From Verrucomicrobiaceae bacterium (GTDB lineage Bacteria; Verrucomicrobiota; Verrucomicrobiia; Verrucomicrobiales; Akkermansiaceae): a stretch of 64,000 nt of DNA. The DNA is taken from NCBI GenBank assembly GCA_051252135.1, contig JBPOGH010000016.1:32001-96000 (forward strand), given 5' to 3'. Both the position numbers and the translations under genes were made by a program. Positions 50,824-59,755 of the stretch are shown in pieces. Position 1 is the stretch's first letter; each line of letters begins with the position of its first letter. The notes beneath the pieces are model-generated. The model was given only the letters and a program-made list of their open reading frames with translations, searched no databases and had not been told where the DNA came from.

Positions 50824-50882
50824 GAGTCCTTTGGAGAGAAGATCATCTCCAACGAAGCAGAAGATAAGCTCCCTCTGCAACC

Positions 50883-51149
50883 AGATCGGCTCACCGTGAA
50901 CGAACCAAACCCCTCCTGCCACGCAAAATCCTTCGGAACGCGAAAGATCTCCCTCACCCATCGGGTCGCCTTTGATTTCACCACCCGAATCAAATCCGAG
51001 AGGCAATGCTTGGGACCGAGACTCACCAAGAGGTGAACATGATCCTCCACCCCTCCGATTTTCACAAGGTGGCCGCCTTCACTCCGGATGATCCAGCCAA
51101 TGTATTCGTAGATACGGGGTTCGATTCTACCCTCTTCAAATCCACTCAA
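50883..51149 (-). mobile_element. tnpA: Truncated IS200/IS605-family (Y1/RAYT-like) transposase fragment
   Basis: YEYIG.II, GGVEDHVHLL (HUH) and KS...W...FAWQEGFGSFTVS. Lacks the N-terminus and the catalytic Tyr segment. Confidence 0.85.
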
Positions 51150-51559
51150 AGGAATTTCGAAATGAAATCGATCGGATTGATCGGTTTAGGTTGGTAACCA
51201 GCAGTTGCGAGCGGAGCGAAGTGACGGTCTTGGGTCACAATGTAATCTGCTCCAGCAGTGATCGCACAGTCAGTGAAAATGTTGTCGTCGGGGTCATCGT
51301 TAATCACTTGGAAGCGATATTGAGGAGTTACCCTTACGGTCGCCCCTACTGTAAGTTCAACGTAATCCATCAGCCTCGCAAACTTTTGCCAGTGCTCACG
51401 CCCGCTCATCCGTGCGATGACCTCTTCGTATTCTAGGAGAATCGGCGTGGACACCGCCAAGGTCAGCTTTCCCGCAACCCAAGCATCTAAAATCGGAAAG
51501 AATTCGTGACCCGCAGCCCGCGCTTGAACGAGGACATTCGTGTCCAAACAAACGATCAT
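51146..51559 (-). CDS. PIN-family putative toxin
   Basis: VCLDTNVLV, ILLEYEEV and DDPDDNIFTDCA..AGADYIVTQDRHF. Confidence 0.88.
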   Translation of the reverse strand: MIVCLDTNVLVQARAAGHEFFPILDAWVAGKLTLAVSTPILLEYEEVIARMSGREHWQKFARLMDYVELTVGATVRVTPQYRFQVINDDPDDNIFTDCAITAGADYIVTQDRHFAPLATAGYQPKPINPIDFISKFL

Positions 51560-51786
51560 GCCTGACGCAGCTGACTCCGAACCTCCGAGATGATTTCAGG
51601 AAGACGATCCAGCTTCCCACTGGTCCGCTCACTCTCAGCTTCCGCCGAGATCTCCCTCCACAGCCGATCTTTTTCAGCATGGAGTAGAACCTGATTCACC
51701 AGCTGAAGCTCCTCCTCCGACATCACTTCGATGCGCTTGATGAGATCCGGCTTCAAAGCGGATGTGCTGGGAAAGACAGTTGCCAT
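51556..51786 (-). CDS. Putative antitoxin partner of PIN toxin
   Basis: 76-aa acidic helical protein with ATGA overlap with the PIN gene. Confidence 0.7.
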   Translation of the reverse strand: MATVFPSTSALKPDLIKRIEVMSEEELQLVNQVLLHAEKDRLWREISAEAESERTSGKLDRLPEIISEVRSQLRQA

Positions 51787-51976
51787 AACAGGAGAATAAT
51801 CTCACGAGAACGGCGCTGTCGCAAGGGGCAATGTTTGAGCACCTGACTTAGCAGAGCGTCGATCAGTGAGCGAAAAAGGTGCCTACTGTGAGATCCAGAG
51901 CGTCGTGAGCCTACCAGTTCACAGAGTGGAATCCACTTACCGAGATCAGCTTTCAACAGAACACCCGAAACAAACA

Positions 51977-52894
51977 CTACTTCGGCGGTGCTGGAACCTT
52001 CCACACCTCATCCTCCAACCGCCGCTCAAAACGAAACGGCTCTTCCGCACTCACATCCACCGTGATCTGCACCGGCGGAAAATTGGGCTCAAGCCGATCA
52101 ACCTGCACCCGCGTAACATTCCGCGCGTCCTCCCAGGGATGATCAACTGTCCACGTGTGACCATCGGCGTGCAAAAACAATACCGGCTTCTCAAAGCCCG
52201 CCGCGAGTTTCACAAAAGACTTCGTAAACGGAGTGAACAACGCATTGACCACCACCTTCACTCTCCCCTGACCAACCGGATTCGCTTGCGCGCAAACAAT
52301 CGCCGCGCGGACCTCTTTTTGATGCTTCGCAAACTGAGCCTCAATCCAGGCATTGTTCTCCCCAAAACGCCGCGCCCATTCCCCCGGATCATGAACCCGA
52401 CCGCCCGGAAGATTGATCCCGATCACCAACACCCCATTCGCTACAAAGGCAAAGTTCTCCGGGCGTTCCTGCTGACGCTCGGTCACCCAGCCCGCCTGAA
52501 AATTCTTCTCCAACCCTAACAAATGCTCACTCCACAAGGCCCAACCCACCTCCGGGTCCGGCCGATCGTTCCACTCGTTGTCACCCGGCACGATGTAGGA
52601 CGGAATCGTATTCCCCTTCGTAAATAGGTCCTTGATGTCAGTGTAAGTCTTCCCGGTAAGGCTCCCGTCACGCCCCGACTGGCCCGTGCAAATATCGCCA
52701 AGATGAATCAGAAACTGCGAGGTCCCGTCCCGATTCTCCTGCCCCACGTAATACTGCGCCGCTCTCAAATCAGCCGGCGAATAAGGACCGCACCCCATCG
52801 CCGAGAACACCAAGGGCGCCACCTTCTCCTCCGCGAGAACCGCATGGGGCAAGCCGCTGACAAACAGCGCAACGAAGAGGCGAGCGGAGATCAT
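51977..52894 (-). CDS. Secreted metallophosphoesterase-like protein
   Basis: IHLGDI, VPGDNEWND and LHADGH; signal peptide from ATG 52894. Confidence 0.75.
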   Translation of the reverse strand: MISARLFVALFVSGLPHAVLAEEKVAPLVFSAMGCGPYSPADLRAAQYYVGQENRDGTSQFLIHLGDICTGQSGRDGSLTGKTYTDIKDLFTKGNTIPSYIVPGDNEWNDRPDPEVGWALWSEHLLGLEKNFQAGWVTERQQERPENFAFVANGVLVIGINLPGGRVHDPGEWARRFGENNAWIEAQFAKHQKEVRAAIVCAQANPVGQGRVKVVVNALFTPFTKSFVKLAAGFEKPVLFLHADGHTWTVDHPWEDARNVTRVQVDRLEPNFPPVQITVDVSAEEPFRFERRLEDEVWKVPAPPK

Positions 52895-52920
52895 CTTAAA
52901 ATTGGCAAAACCAGAGCTCC

Positions 52921-54180
52921 TCACTTCCCGATGCAATAAACCGTCGAGAACGACCGCGCAAAAATCTGCCCCTGGATCGGAGCCAGCGTCGAACGAAACA
53001 TTTCCGACTTCTCCGCCCCCAGAGAGTTGTTCGACACAATCTCCATCTCCTTCCCCGGCTTGATCACCAAAACCCCTCCTCCATAAACATTCTGCAAAAG
53101 AACATGCCCCTTCACCACCAGAGGCGCCGAAGCAAACTCCCCCTTCACTCCCAGCTTCTCCTCCCAGTAAATCTCACCCGTCTTCGCATCGTAACAACTC
53201 GCCTTCCCCGACATCGACACCACGATCACATAACCATCCACCACCGCCGGCGATGGCAAATCCCGTCCCGCCTTCCGCTTCGTATGCCAGACCATGTGCG
53301 ACTTCGTCACCTCGCCCTTCCCCCCCGGTTTCACCGCATAAGTGTCACCCGGCTTCCCGCTCACCACATGCAGAAGCCCATCCGCAAAATCCGGAACCGG
53401 CGACCCCCGCCCGTTGAAGGCCTTGCAAAACCACAACTCCTTGCCCGTCTTCGGATCGTAGCCACGCACTCCCAACTCCCCGTTCAAAACCAACTCCTTG
53501 CGACCGTCGGTCTCAATCACAATCGGCGTGCTCCACCCTCCCCGGGGTTTCGCTTCCCGCTCCGTCGTCCAAACCGGCTCGCCCGTCTGAAGATCAAAAG
53601 CCACCAACGAAGACGCCCCCTCCGCATCGCAATTCTGAATCACCAGTCCATCCACAATAATCGGTGAGGCCGCCACCCCCCAAGGACCGGGAAAGGTCCC
53701 CAATTCCCGCGACCACATCTCCTTCCCTTCAAGATCAAAGCAATGCAGCCCGCCTGGGCCAAAAAACGCCACCACCCGCTCGCCGTCCGTCGCACACGTC
53801 GGCGTCGCAAAACTATTCATCTTGTGTGGATTCTCCGGAGCGGCACACCCGATCGTCTTCTCCCACCGCACCTTGCCATTCTTGCGATCCAGACAGAACA
53901 CATAGCGCTCCTTGCCATCCTCCGAAGCACTCGTCAGAAAAAGCCGATCCCCCCAGTTCACCGGAGACGATTGCCCCTCTCCCTTCAGCTGTGTTTTCCA
54001 AACCACAGAGCCCGCATCCCACGTCATCGGCACATCCTCCGCCGTCGAATGCCCCCGCCCCGTCGGCCCCCGGAACTGCGCCCAGTTGTCCTCCGCCTGC
54101 AAAACGGAAATCCCCGGCAACACCGCCAAGGCGGAAACAACAAAACGAACGAAACAGGCGCGACTAAAGATTCTCTTCAT
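52921..54180 (-). CDS. PQQ-like/BamB beta-propeller protein
   Basis: NWAQFRGPTGRG, GQSSPV, SFATPT, GWSTP and ASAPL. Confidence 0.88.
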   Translation of the reverse strand: MKRIFSRACFVRFVVSALAVLPGISVLQAEDNWAQFRGPTGRGHSTAEDVPMTWDAGSVVWKTQLKGEGQSSPVNWGDRLFLTSASEDGKERYVFCLDRKNGKVRWEKTIGCAAPENPHKMNSFATPTCATDGERVVAFFGPGGLHCFDLEGKEMWSRELGTFPGPWGVAASPIIVDGLVIQNCDAEGASSLVAFDLQTGEPVWTTEREAKPRGGWSTPIVIETDGRKELVLNGELGVRGYDPKTGKELWFCKAFNGRGSPVPDFADGLLHVVSGKPGDTYAVKPGGKGEVTKSHMVWHTKRKAGRDLPSPAVVDGYVIVVSMSGKASCYDAKTGEIYWEEKLGVKGEFASAPLVVKGHVLLQNVYGGGVLVIKPGKEMEIVSNNSLGAEKSEMFRSTLAPIQGQIFARSFSTVYCIGK

Positions 54181-54274
54181 GGATCCGGATGAAATATCTA
54201 CGCACTCTGCACAGCTTGCATGTCATCAATAAAGGCAATTCGCGTCACCATCCCCCGGCGATGTCGGTAGGGCC

Positions 54275-55231
54275 CTACTTCCGGTGCCAGACATCCCCCT
54301 CTTCGAGAATCGCGTCCGGCTTTTTCCCATCAAGCCACTCCCGTGCCGGTTGACTCTCCTTCAGATACGCTTCCCAAAATGCCGTGCTCAAAGCCAGGAT
54401 CACCCGATGATGGTTCGGATTTCGCTGTTCCTTGCCCGAAATCGTCCGATCGGAAAAAGCCATATGCTCCGCGTCTTTCAAAACGAGCTCATACTTCGAC
54501 CCCGCCGGAAGCGCAGGGTAAACCAGCTGTCTCGTCTCGGGAGTCGCACTGCTCAAATGCCCCTCATCCTTCGTCCCCGTCATCAGCATCATCGGCATCT
54601 GAATCCCTCCGAATGCCTTCTTCGCATCGCCCATTCTCGGAATACTCGGACTCAACGCAAGACCCGCATCGATTCGCTCATCCGCAAAACGCGCCCCGGC
54701 CACCCCATACCTTTGACCACAAAGAGCCTGCGTCGTCTTCGCCCCAAACGAATGCCCGCCAATCCCGACTTTTTCCAAATTCATCCGACCGTGAAGAAAG
54801 TGCGCCTTGTCCACCGCCCACGTTTCCAACTGATCAAGAGTCGCGGACACATCACCATTCCGGTCAACAAACGAACTCCCGTTTGCCGCCTTCGCCATTG
54901 CCTTCATCCGCTGCGCCGGGGGCACCTCCTTCCAAACAGCCTCGTCACTGCCCGCATGCTGCATCGCCACCACCACAAATCCCCGCCCCGCCCAATGATT
55001 CCCAAGATAAGTCCCCACCTCACGCGAACCACCCAGACCGTGACTCAACAAAATCACCGGACCTGATTTCTCCTGCGGAAGATAAACCTTAAGCGGAACC
55101 TCCCGCCCCTCACCATAAACAAATGAAGTCAGCTTCGTCTCCACCTTCCCCTTGCGAACCCCCGGGTCGTAAGACCTCTCCTGCGCATGAAGAACAACAC
55201 TAACCACCAGAAAAAGAACAAGGATCCTCAT
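54275..55231 (-). CDS. Secreted alpha/beta hydrolase (dienelactone hydrolase/PAF-AH-like)
   Basis: SHGLGGS, GHSFGA, MTGTKD and AEHMAFSD. Confidence 0.85.
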   Translation of the reverse strand: MRILVLFLVVSVVLHAQERSYDPGVRKGKVETKLTSFVYGEGREVPLKVYLPQEKSGPVILLSHGLGGSREVGTYLGNHWAGRGFVVVAMQHAGSDEAVWKEVPPAQRMKAMAKAANGSSFVDRNGDVSATLDQLETWAVDKAHFLHGRMNLEKVGIGGHSFGAKTTQALCGQRYGVAGARFADERIDAGLALSPSIPRMGDAKKAFGGIQMPMMLMTGTKDEGHLSSATPETRQLVYPALPAGSKYELVLKDAEHMAFSDRTISGKEQRNPNHHRVILALSTAFWEAYLKESQPAREWLDGKKPDAILEEGDVWHRK

Positions 55232-55346
55232 AAGGAATCCAACTCAACCCCAACCCAAAAGTTGCGAAAGAACTTGGTCATCCCTTCATGGAAATCCCTT
55301 CTCTCACAAACCTTGATCTGCATTCCCCACAGGTCACAATCCCCAA

Positions 55347-57044
55347 ATGCCGACCTCCTTTCCCGACTACCGTGTCCCGCAACCCGATCTCGCCGGGACA
55401 ACCACGCGATACGCCGACTTCCACTCCCGCCTCACTGCCGCAACCTCCGCGTCTGATTGCTTGGCCATCGTCGCCGATTGGGACACCCTGCTCTGCCAGT
55501 TCAAGGAGTGGAGCTCCCTCACTTACATCCGCTTTCAACAGGACACGCGGAACATGGACTACAAGGCCGCCATGGATGAACTCGATGCCATCGCGCCAAA
55601 ATACGCCGACCTCGAAACGAAGCTCAAACAAGCCCTCCTCGACTCCCCCTTCCGCAGCGACTTGGAAACCACCCTCACCCCGATGCTCTTCGCCAAGTGG
55701 GACTGCGACACCAAGAGCTTCGCCCCCGCCATCGAGGACGACATGGCCGCCGAGGCCAAACTCCAATCCGCCCACACGGCCCTCACCGCCGGTGCCGAAA
55801 TTGAATTCCAGGGAGAGAAGTTCACCATCTCAGAACTCGATAAATTCGCCGACGACGCCGACCGCGAAGCCCGCGAGGGAGCCTGCCGCGCCAACTCCCA
55901 ATGGTTCTCCGACAACGCCCCCGAGCTCGATCGCCTCTACCACGAACAGGTCAAACTCCGTCACACCATGGCGGGGAAACTCGGCTACCGCAACTTCACC
56001 GAGCTCGGCTACCAGCGCATGTCCCGCATCGGCTACGGCCCCAAAGAAGTCGCCACCTTCCGAAATGAAATCCGCGACAAGGTCGTCCCCATCGCTCTGG
56101 AGATCGCGGAAAAACAACGCACCACTCTCGGCGTCGATCAGCTCAAGTTCTGGGACCACGGCGCCCACTCGGCCAACGGAAACCCCAAGCCCTTGGGCGG
56201 CCACGACTGGATGGTCGACCGCGCCACCGAAATGTTCAACGAGATGGGACACGGACTCGACTCATTCTTTGATGAGATGAAAGCCCGCGACGCCATGGAC
56301 CTGAAATCGCGGAAAGGCAAAGCCGGAGGCGGATTCTGCGACTTCCTCCACCAATACGAATTCCCCTTCATCTTCTCAAACTTCAACGGCACCCGCGGCG
56401 ATGTCGACGTCTTCACCCACGAGATCGGCCACGCCTTCCAAAGCTACAACAGCCGGAACCAACCAATGAGCGACATCGTCTGGCCCACCACCGAGGCCTG
56501 CGAAATTCACTCGATGGCCCTCGAGTTCCTCACCTGGCCGCACATGGAGAAATTCTACGGCGAGACCGCCGCCGAAGAACTTCGCCGCATCCATCTCAGC
56601 ACCTATTTTCACTTCCTTTGCTACGGCGTCTCCATCGACCACTTCCAGCACCTCGTCTACGAAAAACCCGACGCCACTCCGGAAGAACGCAATGCCATGT
56701 GGCAGGAAATCGAAAAAACCTACCTCCCCTGGTGGGACTTCGCCGACCTCCCCGCCGAACGCAGCGGTCGCCTGTGGCAACAAAAAGCCCACATCTACCA
56801 AAGCCCTTTCTACTACATCGACTACTGCCTCGCCCTCACCGGCGCCCTTCAATTCTGGTCAAAATCCCAAACCGATCCCGAAGGCACCCTCAAAACCTAC
56901 ACCGAGCTCTGCACCCTCGGCGGTAGCAAACCCTACACCGGCCTCCTCGAGTCCGCCGGCCTCCGCTCGCCCTTCGAACCGGGCTGCCTCGATCAAGTCA
57001 TTCAAGACGCAAAGAACTACCTCGATTCCAGCCAAGTTCGGTAG
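55347..57044 (+). CDS. pepF: M3 family oligoendopeptidase
   Basis: KGKAGGGFC, HEIGH, EACEIHSM and HIYQSPFYYIDY. Confidence 0.9.
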   Translation: MPTSFPDYRVPQPDLAGTTTRYADFHSRLTAATSASDCLAIVADWDTLLCQFKEWSSLTYIRFQQDTRNMDYKAAMDELDAIAPKYADLETKLKQALLDSPFRSDLETTLTPMLFAKWDCDTKSFAPAIEDDMAAEAKLQSAHTALTAGAEIEFQGEKFTISELDKFADDADREAREGACRANSQWFSDNAPELDRLYHEQVKLRHTMAGKLGYRNFTELGYQRMSRIGYGPKEVATFRNEIRDKVVPIALEIAEKQRTTLGVDQLKFWDHGAHSANGNPKPLGGHDWMVDRATEMFNEMGHGLDSFFDEMKARDAMDLKSRKGKAGGGFCDFLHQYEFPFIFSNFNGTRGDVDVFTHEIGHAFQSYNSRNQPMSDIVWPTTEACEIHSMALEFLTWPHMEKFYGETAAEELRRIHLSTYFHFLCYGVSIDHFQHLVYEKPDATPEERNAMWQEIEKTYLPWWDFADLPAERSGRLWQQKAHIYQSPFYYIDYCLALTGALQFWSKSQTDPEGTLKTYTELCTLGGSKPYTGLLESAGLRSPFEPGCLDQVIQDAKNYLDSSQVR

Positions 57045-57045
57045 C

Positions 57046-57954
57046 TCACCGCGTCAGCTCCACAATCCGCTCATACAGCGCCGCCATCTTCGGCACCTTC
57101 GCTCCCGCCGCCTCCGCCCGCCTCAACGGTTCACCCCAGATCGCTTCCACCTCCACTGGCTTGCCGTCCACAAAATCAATCATACTCGACGGACGATAAG
57201 GCCCCATCGGATACGTCCGCTGCATCTGCACTTCTTCGTAATCCGCCTCCACCGGATACCCCAGCGCATTGGCCGCCGCGATCACTTCCGCCATCAACTC
57301 CCGCACCATCGCTTCCCCGCCCTCCTGCGCCAGCAGGGCCTTCGTATCAATCCCGCCCTCCGTGATACACAACCCGTTAAACGGCACGTTCCACACCAAC
57401 TTCCGCCACTGCGACTCCCCCAGATCAGCCGACACCGCACACCGCACCTTCGCCTCCTCAAATAGCGCCGCCAATTCCTCCAGCTCCGGAGTCACCCCCG
57501 GCACCGCACACCCCATCTCGATCGGACCACCACCCGAGTGACTGATCAGCCCTGCTCCCAGCCGGTTGATACACACAAAACACAACGCCCCCATCACCCG
57601 CTCCGCTCCAAAAATCTCACTCAACCGCTCCGTATTCCCCAAGCCATTCTGCATCGTCAGCACGATCGATTTCTCATGCAGCATCGGCGCGATCACGTCC
57701 TCGTAATGCTCATTCGACGTCGTCTTCCAGCACACCATCACCACATCCACCTCCCCAATCTCCTCCGGCGTCCGCCCACACAAAACCTGCGGTAAAAAAA
57801 TGTCCCCGTGGATACTCTCCACCTTCAACCCATTGTGCTTCACCTCGTCGTAATCCGACCGCAGCAAAAAACGCACCTCGTTCCCGGCCTCCGCCAAACG
57901 CGCACCGTAATAACTCCCCAATGCCCCGGCCCCAACAATCGCAAACGACTTCAT
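57046..57954 (-). CDS. panE: 2-dehydropantoate 2-reductase (ApbA/PanE family)
   Basis: IVGAGALG.YYG, QNGLG, WRKLVWN..FN and SSMID..G..VEVE. Confidence 0.88.
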   Translation of the reverse strand: MKSFAIVGAGALGSYYGARLAEAGNEVRFLLRSDYDEVKHNGLKVESIHGDIFLPQVLCGRTPEEIGEVDVVMVCWKTTSNEHYEDVIAPMLHEKSIVLTMQNGLGNTERLSEIFGAERVMGALCFVCINRLGAGLISHSGGGPIEMGCAVPGVTPELEELAALFEEAKVRCAVSADLGESQWRKLVWNVPFNGLCITEGGIDTKALLAQEGGEAMVRELMAEVIAAANALGYPVEADYEEVQMQRTYPMGPYRPSSMIDFVDGKPVEVEAIWGEPLRRAEAAGAKVPKMAALYERIVELTR

Positions 57955-58862
57955 CACTTAAACTCCTTCGCCACCTTCACCGCCGTCGCAATCGTATTGC
58001 GATGAATCTTCGCCGTGTATTCCTGCTGCCGGTTGTATCCGCCGCCGTATAGAATCGCCACCGGAATCCGGTTCCGCCGAAACGCCCGCAGGATCACCTC
58101 GTCACGACGCATAAAATCCTTCAGATCGAGCAACATCAGCCCCAACCGGTCATTGCGATGATTGTCCGCACCCGACACCCAGATCACCAGGTCCGGTGAA
58201 AAAACATCCAGCGCCGCCGCCAAGGTCGTAAAGAGCTGCTTCAAATACATATCCCCCTCAACGTATCTCACCGTCTCCACATCCATCGAGCCCGCCGCCT
58301 CCACCGAGGAATACCGCCGCCCCACATGAATCGAATACGTAAACACGTTCGGATCATCCGCCAAAATATTGCTCGTCCCGTTCCCCTGCTGCGCATCCGT
58401 ATCCACCACCATCACCTTGATCCCCGGATTCGTCACCTGCAGGTCACGGATCGCGATCGCCACATCATTGAACACACAATAACTCTCCCCGTGATCCTTG
58501 AACGCATGGTGCGTCCCGCCCGCAAGCACCGCCGCCACTCCGTCCTGCAGCGCCGCATAACACGCCTGCCGCGTCGCCTCCGCCTCCGTCGCCGCCTTCG
58601 TGTAAAGCTTCGGCGTCACCGGCAACCCAAGCTGAATCTGCTCCTTCCGGTCCAACTGCCCGTTGTAAATCTTCGCCAGATAATCGGTATCATGCACCCG
58701 CCGCAACACATGCGCATCCGCCGCCCGCACCTCCGTCACGTCCTCACCCCTCAACACCCCGCTATCAATCAGCATCTTGCGGGACACCTCAAATTTCTCC
58801 ATCGGCAGAGGATGCCCATCGGGAAGGTTGAGGTAGAAATCTGGTGAGTAAAAACAACGCAT
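57954..58862 (-). CDS. Histone deacetylase family protein
   Basis: PMEKF, GGTHHA, CVFND, DTDAQQGNGT, GAD...DRLG and GGGY. Confidence 0.88.
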   Translation of the reverse strand: MRCFYSPDFYLNLPDGHPLPMEKFEVSRKMLIDSGVLRGEDVTEVRAADAHVLRRVHDTDYLAKIYNGQLDRKEQIQLGLPVTPKLYTKAATEAEATRQACYAALQDGVAAVLAGGTHHAFKDHGESYCVFNDVAIAIRDLQVTNPGIKVMVVDTDAQQGNGTSNILADDPNVFTYSIHVGRRYSSVEAAGSMDVETVRYVEGDMYLKQLFTTLAAALDVFSPDLVIWVSGADNHRNDRLGLMLLDLKDFMRRDEVILRAFRRNRIPVAILYGGGYNRQQEYTAKIHRNTIATAVKVAKEFK

Positions 58863-58954
58863 TCGACTTGGCCCTTACTCTCATCCCTCGCAGGGATCGC
58901 GGCAAGCACAGATGTGACTGGAAAACCTCCCGTTCCTTGTCTAGTTTTCGCCAG

Positions 58955-59752
58955 TTGCCTCCACACCCCGTCATCCTGATCCTCTGCATTCTGGCCTCTT
59001 CGCTCTTCGCGCAAGACGGGCCTAGGGTCACCGTCGTCCCCGCTCCCCCCAATCCCTACCAATACCAAAAGACGGTCTACCCATGGAAAAAGTTCATCAC
59101 CGCCACCGTCTTCTGGGTCGGGGAAAAACCCACCCCCAACAACCCCACCCCCAACAACAAATCCTCCTGGGACACCGAGTGGCAAGCCAACTTCGGCGGC
59201 TTCGATGACCCCAACAACCGCACCGGCTACCTCCCCAAAGGCTTCATCCCCAAGCTCAACCCCTTCTACATCGCCCTCCCCTACAACGACTGCATCAACC
59301 ACGCAGCCCACAAACCGGAGGCCTCCCGCGTCATCCCCTGGTTCTCCCGATACCGGCCCGATCCCGGCGACTCGGTCTGCAAAGGACGCTGGCTTCAAAT
59401 CATCGCCAACAACCGCGTCTGCTACGCCCAATGGGAGGACTGCGGCCCCTTCACCACCGATGACCACTCCTACGTCTTCGGCAACGCCAACCCCAAAACC
59501 ACCCAAAACGACAACGCCGGCATCGACATCTCTCCCGCCGTCCGCGACTTCCTCGGCGTCGGAAACAAGGTCAAGGTCCACTGGCGCTTCATCGAGTTCT
59601 CCCAGGTCCCACGCGGACCCTGGTCCCTCTACGGCACCAACAATCCCTTCGTCAACCCCAAGGCCGACCCCGACTTCATGGCCCGCATCCGCTACCACGA
59701 GCACCTCATCAAGCTCCGCGACCAGGCCTACAAAAGGCAACTCTCCCAATAA
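58955..59752 (+). CDS. Secreted protein with RlpA/DPBB-like motifs
   Basis: Signal peptide; ITATVFW, NPFYIALP, YAQWEDCGP and GIDISPAV. Start uncertain (TTG 58955). Confidence 0.6.
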   Translation: MPPHPVILILCILASSLFAQDGPRVTVVPAPPNPYQYQKTVYPWKKFITATVFWVGEKPTPNNPTPNNKSSWDTEWQANFGGFDDPNNRTGYLPKGFIPKLNPFYIALPYNDCINHAAHKPEASRVIPWFSRYRPDPGDSVCKGRWLQIIANNRVCYAQWEDCGPFTTDDHSYVFGNANPKTTQNDNAGIDISPAVRDFLGVGNKVKVHWRFIEFSQVPRGPWSLYGTNNPFVNPKADPDFMARIRYHEHLIKLRDQAYKRQLSQ

Positions 59753-59755
59753 AAA

